From: Octopus sinensis
Taxonomy: Eukaryota
DNA: 64,000 bases
Assembly: GCF_006345805.1 (NCBI RefSeq)
Contig: NC_042997.1
Location: 110,484,001 to 110,548,000, forward strand
Reading direction: 5' to 3'
Part shown: piece by piece, positions 1-10,750 of the stretch
Layout of the letters: every line of letters begins with the position of its first letter
Position numbering within the stretch: position 1 is the stretch's first letter
Translations under genes and position numbers: made by a program
The notes under the pieces: model-generated
Databases searched by the model: none
Seen by the model: the letters and a program-made list of their open reading frames with translations, nothing else
What the model was told of the DNA's origin: nothing

Positions 1-236
1 AAAGTACCAACCGATCGTGGCCGTTGCCAGCCTCGCCTGGCCCCTGTGCTGGTGGCACATAAAAAAGCACCCACTACACTCACAGAGTGTTTAGCGTTAG
101 GAAGGGCATCCAGCTGTAGGAACACTGCCAGATCAGACTGGTGCCTGGTGCAGCCTCCTGGCTTCCCAGACCCCGGTTGAACCATCCAACCCATGCTAGC
201 AGGGAAAACGGATGTTAAACGATGATGATGATGATG
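1..236 (+). mobile_element. RTE-tail repeat family (most abundant SINE/LINE-3'UTR repeat), representative copy
   Basis: GCACCCACTACACTC...AGGAAGGGCATCCAGCTGTAG...CCAACCCATGC...(GAT)n. Dozens of copies on both strands, e.g. 5985-6423, 9275-9715, 24540-25040, 28915-29280, 46000-46270, 49320-49705, 58560-58995, 62965-63270. Confidence 0.85.
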
Positions 237-786
237 AGTATTATCACATGCTTTCACTGCACTTCTGAGCACAACTCTATGTGCTGTGGTTTGTTGTGAT
301 TCTCTTACTTTTACTGTATTGAAAGTGTTTTACGTAGGATGTGTGTGGTGCCTTGTAGTGCTATTTTCTCTATGTTATTACTTGTAAGTCGTGGGCTTTT
401 GGTTTTGTATTTGTGGGTTTTTTTTTTACCATATCTCATGAACCTGTTATCATTGGGATTGTTTCTCTCTTCAGCTTCCATATTTACATTATTACTATTA
501 GTGTTACTATGGTTACTAATTTTTTTTTTCCTCTGCTCCTCATATTCTGGTCATTTTTCTACAATTTCTATGCTTAAATATCAAACCACCCCAACTCCTT
601 GCCTTTTCCATTCCTTTCACTCAATCTAACCGTCGGATCCCGTTTGCAATGCTATAGCTCTTTGAGTAAGCAAATTCCTTCTTCTCATCCCAATTTAATT
701 CCTCAAAACCAGGATGATTAAAAGGTTCTGCTTGATCCTTCAGCTCAACTGTAAAGGAGGATCCTAAGATTAAGGTGCATCATTTA

Positions 787-1180
787 CTAATCCTATCTGT
801 CTAATTAATCCTGTCTCTCTAATCTTGTCTCTCTAATTAATCCTGACTCTCCAATTAATCCTGATTCTCTAATTAATCCTGATTCTCTAATTAACCTTGA
901 CTCTCTAATTAACCTTGACTCTCTAATTAACCTTGACTCTCTAATTAACCTTGACTCTCTTTTAACCTTGTTTCTCTTGTTAACCTTGTTTCTCTCGTTA
1001 ACTTCGACTCTCTCGTTAACTTCGACTCTCTCGTTAACTTCGACTCTCTCGTTAACCTCGACTCTCTCGTTAACCTCGACTCTCTCGTTAACCTCGACTC
1101 TCTTGTTAACCTCGACTCTCTTGTTAACCTTGACTCTCTCGTTAACCTCGACTCTCTAATTAACCTCGTCTGTCTAACTA
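787..1180. repeat. 18-bp minisatellite, about 21 copies
   Basis: Unit TTAACCT(C/T)GACTCTCT(AA/CG). Confidence 0.9.
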
Positions 1181-1271
1181 ATGAAACATGAAATTAGTCC
1201 AAAGACAGACAGATTTAATAGACATTTCAGCCTGGCTAATCCCTGGGCCTCGTTTTTTTTTCTCTTTGCAG

Positions 1272-1433
1272 GACACCATCACTGCCTTGGAAGCCCTCTA
1301 TCAATACACCCAAGTGGATCCCAATCGAAATGTCTTCAATATGAAACTCGATGTCTGGTCAGTGGCCAATAACAACTCGAAGCAGCTGGTTTATATGACT
1401 CAAAACAACTACACACATATGAGTGTTGTTAAG
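1272..1433 (+). CDS. Mcr: Mcr-like exon: DTITALEALYQY...HMSVVK (end of thioester/TED domain)
   Basis: tttgcag acceptor, AAG|gt donor, 54 codons, phase 0-0; matches the A2M STQDTxxALxAL motif. Confidence 0.9.
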
Positions 1434-1919
1434 GTGCTGTGTTTTTACTGGGGGTTTTTTGGGGGTTTTTTTTAATACTTTTAATCTTCATATAACCTTA
1501 ATTGTCAGGATGACTCTCCCTGAGAACTACATTAAGGGTGTGCATGTCTGTGGGGTGCTCAGCCACATGCACGTTAATTTCACAAACAGGCTGAAACCCT
1601 CATCGTTGTAACCAAGAGTGTTAGCTTGTGTGTGCATGTGTGTGTGAGATGTAATATGTGCTAGTGTGTTATACTAGTGTGTGTGTGTGTGTAATAGATG
1701 TAGCATGTTGGTGTGTGTGTCTCTCCATCTAAAAAAGACTAACATCTCTTTCTCTCTCTTTCAGGTTGGACCTCACGTTTACAGTTATGTCAGAGCTCAA
1801 ATTCTGGGAACGGGACGAGCAATGTTTCAGGTAAAACTTTTTCCTCAACTATTCTCTTTTTCAGCCTCTCTTCCTTTCTCTCCTCTCTGTCTCTCTCTCT
1901 CTCGCTATGTATATATATA

Positions 1920-1965
<46 letters not shown>

Positions 1966-4900
1966 CATGACTGACCAGTCTATCAGATGTTACTACACAT
2001 CGCTGGTCACAATGCGCTTCGCATTGTTTTAACCTTCAAATGACACCACCCCGCTGGCTAGGCGAGCAGGCCAACAGAAGAAAGAATGAGAGAAAGTTGT
2101 GGCGAAAGTGTACAGCAGGGATCGCCACCACTCCCTGCCGGTCCCTCGTGTTTTCGCTCAATAAACACTCACAACGCCTGGTCTAGGAATCGAAGCCATG
2201 ATACTATGACCGCGAGTCTACTGCCCTAATCACTGGGCCATTGTGCCTCCACACACACACACACCGTATTTGATGGCCTATGGGCGATTGTTCACCAATA
2301 AATGGCTGGACACATTTTGTAAGCATACATACCATTCTGAGCAAGTTTTGAGCCTACATTGAGTGCATTGGATGCAGGGCGATTTTTAAAGCCATTTTGG
2401 GGTAAAAAATGGTGCATGTCTACCTGCTGGAAATAACAGTCAAAATTCTTATTTTAATTGCCAAAATACACTGATAATAACTAGTTATCAATGGTTGATT
2501 TCTATAGTTATTATCAGTGTATTTTGGTGATTAAAATAAGAGTTCTGACTGTTATTTCCAGCAGGCAGACATATTTAGTATGTCCTTTGATAAATTTTTA
2601 TATATATATCTATCTTTCTATCTCTATCATTCTATCTCTATTTTTCTCTCTCTCTATCAATCTCGATTGATCTATCTGTCTCTGTTTCTCCCTCTCTTTT
2701 TAAATATCAGTTCTGTGGAAATGAGAAAAATATTCAAATAAAATATTTTTATTTTCTTTCTTTCTTTTTTGCCAGTGTGGATGGTGTGTAATGATAGACA
2801 TAAACCCCAATTTGAGGGAGTAAATAGCAACTAGAATCTTGAATAAAAGACACGATGGGACTTGAATTGATCTGATTTAAAGGTGGTGGGGTAGAAGTTG
2901 GACCCTGGACTTTTGTAGTGTGATCTTGAAACAGGAATGGTATAGTTGCAGGCATAGTTGTGTGGTAAGAAGTTAGAATCGTTAGTACACTGGGCGAAAT
3001 GCTTAGCGGTATTTTGTCTGCCGTTACGTTCTGAGTTCAAATTCCGCCGAGGTCAACTTTGCTTTTCATCCTTTCAGGGTCAATTAAATAAATACCAGTT
3101 ACGCACTGGGGTCGATATAATCGATTTAATCCCTTTGTCAGTCCTAGATGTCCCCTCTATGTTTAGCCCCTTGTGGGCAGTAAAGAAATGAGAAGTTAGC
3201 TTCTTATACACACGGTTCCGAATTCAGTCCTACTACATGGCAGATTGAGCAAATGTCTTCTACTATATCCTTGTGAGTGGATTTGGTAGTCAGAAACTAG
3301 AAGTCTGTTGTGTGTGTGTGTTTTTCAGTCATTGCTGTCTGAACCCATCCATTGGCAGATATAAACAAAAAACAAAAAAAACTAATATTTTACACAAATT
3401 CTAATGATGATCTCTTTAAATAGCTGACCAGTACAGTTAATGTAGAGTACTTACATCAGCTGAAGCAGAGCCCAGAAAGTGACATATATGATATAAAGAT
3501 TGCCCAATTAAAGTTCACTGGTCGAAATGATTCCATCATGGACATGAAGATCTGTGTAAGGTCAGTGATATTTACCATTTATTTTTCACTGTTTCCCTCA
3601 CTTCCCAGTTTACCATCTCTTACTCTTCATTATATTAATCCTTTCATCCATTCTCTGTCTCTAATCATGTTCCTCACTCACTTCATCAAGCCATGTGAGG
3701 AGGGTGTGTGTGTCATTGCTGCATTCTCCATTTCTCAGTATATTCCTCCTGGGTCCTTCCAGTTAACCCGTCAAGCAGAGTCCCTGTCAATCCCCACTGC
3801 CATGAGATATTTCCACATCTGTTGTGGCCATGGAGCATAAGGTCGACTCATATGAGCCTTCAACCCAGCTGGATCCTCAGTGAAGAGAGAACACGGTAAG
3901 CAGAGTCTAACTTGGAACATCATGCCACAAGACCAAACAATCTGAACTGGAACCCCTAAATCCTACAAGTAACTGGACACATCTCAGTTTCTGAAACTAG
4001 GATTACAGACTGAGATTTTACTTACGGTATATCAATTTTTGCTGAGTCTCTGGGTATTTTAAGAGGCCCTTTCCTTTCACTGACCAAACAGAACCATTAG
4101 GCTTTAGAGTCTCCTGGATCAAGACAAAAAGATTCAGTCTTTTGTTGGCTTCTTGAAGGATTCCGCTTCATCGGTCTCTGTTGTGGGTAACAATGTTGAA
4201 GTTGTTAACCATTTTGCTTATCTCTGCCGTGAGATTTTTAGCAGCATTATGCATGAGTCTGAAGTCCTGAAAAAGACTCGGGCTAACTGGTACCTATTGT
4301 AACCTCAGTGGACACCTTGCGACTACTGTATTTTATCTCTTTCTAGTTTGTGTATGTTACTTTGAGTCTAGTTGGCCACCATGCATCTTGCTTGCCTTTC
4401 TGCCATCTCTCTCAAGCACTGCCACCCAACAATGTGATGAAGTGTGGGGTGGCCATGAATTTTCTCCACAACACCAAACCTGTTCCAATCCCTTCTATTA
4501 TACTTTGTCTTGATACCCCACATAAAGGGACCACCCTCCCCCATTCTTTGTACCCCATATAAAGGACCACCCTCTCCTATTCTTGATACCCCACATAAAG
4601 GAACCACCCTCTCCTATTCTTGATACCCCACATAAAGGGACCACCCTCTCCTATTCTTGATGCCCCACATAAAGGGACTGCCTTCTCTTATTCTTGATAC
4701 CCCACATAAAGGGACCACCCTCTCCTATTCTTGATACCCCACATAAAGGGACTATCTCCTATTCTTGATACCCCACATAAAGGGACCGCCCTCTCCTATT
4801 CTCCTTCTTCCAGTCAAAGAAACACCCATCATCATCATTTAACATCTATTTTCCATGCTGGTATAGGTTTGATGGTTTGACAGGAGCTGGCAAGGCTGGA

Positions 4901-7900
4901 GGGCTCCACCAGGCTCCAGTTATCTGTTTTGACTTGGTTTCTATGGCTGGATGCCCCTCCTATTGCCAACCATTTCAGTGTTTTTTATGAGGGGGCCAGT
5001 GCTTTATATGAGGCACCCACACCAGTGCTTTGTTTGTGGCACCAGCACCAACAGCGTCACCGAGTACCTTGCAAGACCCCCCCCCCCCAACTGGGAATGA
5101 GGGGAGTAATATTGAGGAGCTGTGGCTTTGTGCCAGTTGAGAGATTTAAGGTATAGTGGGGACAGGTATAGGTGTCTTGCTGTAGATAGATGGAGACATA
5201 CATTTTACGAATCCATTCCTAAGTGGAACAATGAAAATATGCAAGGCTTTTCTAAAATGCAGCATATATCACTTAGCTGTTGTTATCTCACTTCCAGTTA
5301 TGACATTCGGTTTCTGAGTTAGAAAGTAGCTTCTTGTGTCTTGGGAGGGTCATTACACCAATGATGATAACACATGCACTGGCTCATTATCACTTTATTG
5401 TTAGTCAACCAACTGACTAACAATAAGGAAGTGATTTTGAACCAGTGATTGTGTTTATTGGTGTTGTGACCCTCCCTAGATACAACAAAAGTTGCTTCAA
5501 CACAAATTCACATAAAAAATCTTACAAACCAAATACAAAAAATGGAGTAGCTTCTTTACTGAAAAATTTCAAAGAATTCCACCAAAAATATGCACAAACA
5601 CCCAATTATTCATGGTTTAATTAAAAGAAAAATTCTTTTGCAGCTGGAAATTTACAACCTGGTCATTGGTTTCAGGGATGTCCGTTTTGGAAGTTGACAT
5701 TCCTACTGGATATGTGATATTAAACTCAACCCTTAGACAATACGTACAAAGCGGTGTTGTACCAAACCTTATACGAGCAGAAAGTTACAATCGTAAAATT
5801 GTATACTACTTCGATTCGGTAAGATAAGAGTTTTAAAATTTTTTATTTCTGTTCTCTCTGTTATCAGAAAGATGCTTCAGGTTTCATGCACAGTGTGGAA
5901 CTAGCAATAATGGTAAGGAAAGAGTTGGGAAAACTGCCGAATCACAAAAACTATTCTTTTTGCGAAGACCAGTTGAGGCAAGTGAAATCAAAGTCGAAAT
6001 CAAACTCGGTGACTGGCATCCGTTGCTAGTGGAGTGCTTAAGAGTACCATATGAGTGAGATCGTTGCCAGAGCAACAAGCTGGCTTTCTTGCCGATGGCA
6101 TGTTAAACACACCATTTGAGCGTGATCGCTACCACGTCACCTTACTAGCACTTGTGCTGGTGGCACGTGAGACATTCGAGCGAGGTCGTCGCCAGTGCTG
6201 TTGGACTGGGTCCTGTGCAGGTGCCACATAAAAAGCAGCATTTGGGTGTGGCCATTGCCAGTACCACCAAACTGACCCTCGTACCAGTGGCATGTAAAAG
6301 CACCCACTACACTCTCGGAGTGGTTGGTGTTAGGAAGGGCATCCAGCTGCAGAAACTCTGCCAGATCAGACAAATCGTCCAACCCATGCTAGCATGGAAA
6401 GCAGACGTTAAATAATGATGATGAAAACAGGGACAATAAAATGGTTTGGTCCCATGAAACCATGAGATGTTGTCTTTAATGAATATATTCATGACTTAGG
6501 GAACTCCAGATTAAAAGAAAGAAAAAAGGATAGTTATATAGGATCAGGCCTGACTATGTGGTGAGAAGTTTATTTCCCAACCATCTGGTTCCAGATTCAG
6601 TCTCACCCCATAACACCTTGGGCAAGTGTGTTCTATTATAGATTCAAGCTAACCAAATCCTTGTGAGTGGACTTGGTAGACAGAAACTGAAAGAAGCCTG
6701 TTATGTGTGTGTGTGTATCTTTGTGTTTATCTCCTACCAGTGCTGGTGTGTCCCCATAACTTAGCAGTTTGGCAAAAGCAATTAATAGAATAACGGCTTA
6801 CAAAAAGTAAACATTGGTGTCAATTTGTTTGGCTAAAAAATTCTTTGAAAATGGTGTCCCAGCATGGCCACAATCTAATGACTGAAACAAATAAGATACG
6901 AAGTTTGGGTTTGAACCCAGACACTCTGCTTTATAGTGAAGAGTGTGTTTTTGTTTTTTTGTTTTCTCCATAACTACAATAATACTAAACTTAAATAGAT
7001 TTGAACCCTCACTCTGTATTTTACACTCCTCAATTATTGGGAAACTACAAGATTAAAGCATGATGTGAATGAGACAACAAAGGCTGAGACCATTCATTTA
7101 ACAAACCTTTTCTTTCCTGTTTTGCAGCTTGACCAGAGCTCCTCTTGTGTAGACTTCCGAGCCAATCGTTGGTACCCTGTTGCTAATGCTACCATACAGC
7201 ACAGGATTCGTGTCTATGACTACTATGAACCAGGTAAAACCATCATCGTCGTCATATCATTATCATCATTATTATCATCATCGTTATCATCATTATCATC
7301 ATCATCGTCATCATCGTCATTATCATTATCATCATTATCATTGTCATTAATACCATCATCAGTCATCCGTCTTCATCTCTGTCATCATCATCTTTGTGTC
7401 CATCGTCATTATTGTCGTCCGTCATCATTATCGTCAAGGTATGAGCTGGCAGAATTGTTACCATGCTGGAAAAAAATACTTACCAACAATTCTTCCAACT
7501 TTATTTTCTGAGTTCAAATGCTACCAGGTTTGACTTTGTTTTTCATCCTTTTGGGGTTGACAAATTAAGTACCAGTTGAACACTGGGGTTCGATGTAATC
7601 GAATTATCCCCTCTCTCAAAATTGCTGGCGCTGTGCCAAAATTTAAAACCAATGTCATCATCATCATCATCATCATCTCTTTTGTTTTTCACTCCAATGC
7701 TTGTGTCAGGTTTATGGCACCTGTGCCAGTGGCACACAGAAAACACCCACTACATTCTTGGAGTGGTTGGCATTAGGAAGGGCATCCAGCTGTAGAAACC
7801 ATATCAAATCAGATTGGAACCTGGTGCAGCTCCCTGGCTTAACAATTTTCAGTCAAACCATGTAACCCATGCCAGCATGGAAAGCAGATGCTAAATGAAG

Positions 7901-10066
7901 ATGATGATGATTATTTTTTTCCATATCTCTTTGGTTACGAATGTATTGTTACAGCAATTGTCTTTACAGCTGTTTCGTTGTCAGACACTTTGATTCCCAC
8001 TAATTTCTTACTATTAACCTCTCAAAATGGTAACTCAGCAGATTTTTCGGGCATCAAACAAAACACCCTGGACTGCAACTGATTTCAGTGTCCATCAACT
8101 AATTCTACATCTGCTATGTCCAAAAGCACTAGAATACTTATCCAGTAATAATACATGTCAAGTTGCAATTTGATGAGAATAATGCTTTTATAAGCAAATT
8201 TTGAAGATGTCTAATGCCCCATTCTTCTTTATGATGTCTTGATATTTTATACTCTATCATCATCATCATCATCATTGTTCGACCGTGGTTAAGACAATGG
8301 AATTTACTATGTTATGCCAGACCTCACGGTCCATCATAGCATTGCTGATGTCCTGTTGCTGGATGCCTGTATCCCTGGAGATTACATCAGGGTAGGAGAG
8401 TGTGCACCCTCTGGTATCATGAGCAGATGACTTCCAGAGGAGAAGAGTAGAAATTACCTCGTTTTCAGCTCTACAACAATGTCCAGCAAACTGGACTCTT
8501 CTACCTTTCACAAGAGATGATACAGGTGGTAATTTCTCATTTATTTGTACTTTGGTTGGATGACGCTTCCACAGAGATTTTGAACTCTCATAAGCAGGTG
8601 AGTATAAGTTCCATCCAATCACCTCTCAAGCTTCTTTGATAACGTCCAGGTTTCTGAGCCATATAGTAGAATTGGTTCGACTGTGGCTTTGAAGATTTTA
8701 AGTTTGAAATCTCTACTTAGATTTGATGACCAGATCTTATGCATATCATTACAGGCTGCCCAGGCCATATCCTTTCTGGTTAGAAAATCTTTTTCAGATG
8801 ATGATATACTCTGTCTGCTGTATGAAATCCAATGAAACAAACTGAGGATTTACCTGTCAAGTGAAGTACACTGTAGTTGTTCTATCATTCAGTGTGGGTA
8901 GCCAGATCTGGATTGTATCAGAGTGCTAAGAAGATACCTGCCAGGATTCCCAATCCCTATTTCTTTGTTATGGTGACTGTCTAATCCTTATGCAAAGTCT
9001 GACCAACTCTTAGATCTATCTTGGTGTCTGATGGGGCTTTCTAAACCAGACAATGTTCTGAAAAGACACCCACATAGATTGCACATCCGATTTGGACCAC
9101 CATGAGATGCAGTTAAGTTCTGATCTTTGTGGATCTTAAAATGTCTTTTGAGGCCTCTGTTAGATTTGCAGACCTTCTGGCATACATGACATAGGAAGGT
9201 GTGCACTGATATGTTATATATTTTGAAGTATATAATTATAAAATTATAATTAAGGGTGCTGGAATGCCAGCTCTTATCATCATCATCATCATCATCGTTT
9301 AACATCCACTTTCCTTACTAGCATGGGTTGGACGATTTGACTGAGGACTGGCAAACCAGATGGCTGCACCAGGCTCCAATCTTGATCTGGCAGAGTTTCT
9401 ACAGCTGGATGCCCTTCCTAACGCCAACCACTCTGAGAGTGTAGTGGGTGCTTTTTACGTGCTACGGGTACAGGGGCCAGTCAGGCAGTACTGGCAACGA
9501 CCTCGCTCGAATCTTTTTACACATGCCACTGGCACAGGTGCCAGTAAGGCGACGTTGGTAATGATCACGCTCGAATGGTGCCCTTTTATGTGCCACGGCA
9601 GGGGGGCCAGTCAGGCGGTACTGGCAATGACCTTGCTCAAATCTTTTTACACATGCCACCGGCACGGAAACCAGTTGGATACTCTGGCAACGATCACGCT
9701 TGGATGGTGCTCCTAAAATTTTCGTTGCTTCTTGCAACCTTTTCAAGATGACTTTTCCCCCAGACACAACAGAACATTCTTCAACACAGGAACTCATATA
9801 AAGATTCTTGCAAACCAAATCCAAAAACGAAATACGTAAATAGAGAATCTATTTCCGAATTTGTTTTTCTCTTTTCAGGGCTTTACCGAACAACTTTGTA
9901 CATCACCAACAACCTGTTCCAACTGAATATTTGTTATGTGTGTGGTTCCTTCCAGTGTCCTTACTGCCCTCAGTTCAACACAGCAAACATCATCAAGTGT
10001 ACGATCACCATCTTCTGCCTTCTCCTTACTATGTTCCTACAACGCTACATGTTGCGGACATCTTGA
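1272..10066 (+). CDS. Mcr: Macroglobulin complement-related (Mcr)/CD109-like thioester-protein family gene, 3' part (6 coding exons; 5' part upstream of window)
   Basis: Join 1272-1433, 1765-1830, 3424-3560, 5644-5818, 7128-7233, 9879-10066. All junctions are GT-AG and phase-consistent. A2M-family motifs: (Q)DTITALEAL, GTGRAMFQ, ICVSW, SGMSVLEVDIPTGY, VYDYYEP. RWYPVAN and ICxVCGSxQCPYC are motifs I recognise from insect Mcr/TEP6. Confidence 0.9.
1765..1830 (+). CDS. Mcr: Mcr-like exon: VGPHVYSYVRAQILGTGRAMFQ
   Basis: ctctttcag acceptor, CAG|gtaaaa donor, 22 codons, phase 0-0. Confidence 0.9.
2416..2572. repeat. Fold-back inverted repeat (68-bp arms, 21-bp loop)
   Basis: 2416-2483 is the reverse complement of 2505-2572 with about 5 mismatches. 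Confidence 0.9.
3424..3560 (+). CDS. Mcr: Mcr-like exon: LTSTVNVEYL...MDMKICV(S)
   Basis: tttaaatag acceptor, AG|gtcagt donor, phase 0-2. Confidence 0.88.
3700..4350 (+). mobile_element. Degenerate LINE RT fragment
   Basis: SVVGNNVEVVNHFAYL resembles the RT C-terminal VEVVDxFxYLG motif; many stops. Confidence 0.45.
4505..4799. repeat. 37-bp minisatellite, about 8 copies
   Basis: Unit CTTGATACCCCACATAAAGGGACCACCCTCTCCTATT. Confidence 0.9.
5644..5818 (+). CDS. Mcr: Mcr-like exon: WKFTTWSLVSGMSVLEVDIPTGY...YYFDS (A2M receptor-binding/MG8 domain)
   Basis: ttttgcag acceptor, TCG|gtaaga donor, phase 2-0; SGMxVLEVxIPTGY motif. Confidence 0.93.
7128..7233 (+). CDS. Mcr: Mcr-like exon: LDQSSSCVDFRANRWYPVANATIQHRIRVYDYYEP(G)
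   Basis: ttttgcag acceptor, CAG|gtaaaa donor, phase 0-1; VYDYYEP motif. Confidence 0.93.
7240..7430. repeat. Degenerate (ATC)n microsatellite
   Basis: TCATCATTATCA runs directly after the exon 7233 donor. Confidence 0.85.
8257..8810 (-). mobile_element. 5'-truncated non-LTR retrotransposon (RTE-like) 3' end with (TGA)n tail
   Basis: KIFKATVEPILLYGSETWTLSKKLE...RRVQFAGHC...MMDREVW...TTVEQ*, then (ATG)n. Confidence 0.85.
8990..9225 (-). mobile_element. Relic with two C2H2-like fingers, probably a LINE ORF C-terminus
   Basis: FLCHVCQKVCKSNRGLKRHFKIH and a degenerate MCNLCGCLFRTLSGLESPIRH, antisense in the last Mcr intron. Confidence 0.5.
9879..10066 (+). CDS. Mcr: Mcr-like terminal exon: GLYRTTLY...ICYVCGSFQCPYCPQFNTANIIKCTITIFCLLLTMFLQRYMLRTS*
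   Basis: cttttcag acceptor, phase 1, TGA at 10064-10066; Cys cluster plus hydrophobic C-terminus. Confidence 0.92.
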
Positions 10067-10612
10067 AACATTTAATAATGTCCTTCAACTTTAATACACA
10101 CATCCACATACACACAAGTAAATAGAAATGGTAAACAAAGGAGAGAATATATTATTTTCCCATTGATTTAGTAATCTTTTGTAAAAACCAAAAATAAAAA
10201 ACCTGTAATTTTAAATATGTGAGGCACTTTCATATCTGTGTGTGTGAGTATGTGATTTGTGTGGATAAAATTGTGTATACATAAAATATGTGGAAATCGT
10301 GTGTGTGTGTTAGCTTATATACATTCAAATCATACTTTTATATATTTACACACACACACATGTATAGTGTGCGTGTACAGTGTACTTGGTATGCCTACCT
10401 CAAAAGAATTATTTGTAATCAGAGAATAACAATTCTATTGTGGATATTCATATGTGTGTGTGTGTGTGGCATTCAGTGCATTTGGTTTTAGAGTTCTATG
10501 TATTTAATAAGTCCGACTCGGTTCCACATTGGTAAGCATAGGATACGTCTATCTAATGTTCTGCACCTATGAAACTAATAGTCAGAACTGTCATTAAATA
10601 ACACACACATGC

Positions 10613-10750
<138 letters not shown>

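Noticed and set aside
7065-7511. 148-aa ORF as a stand-alone gene
   Set aside because: Only 7128-7233 is exon; the rest is intron read-through including an (ATC)n tract.
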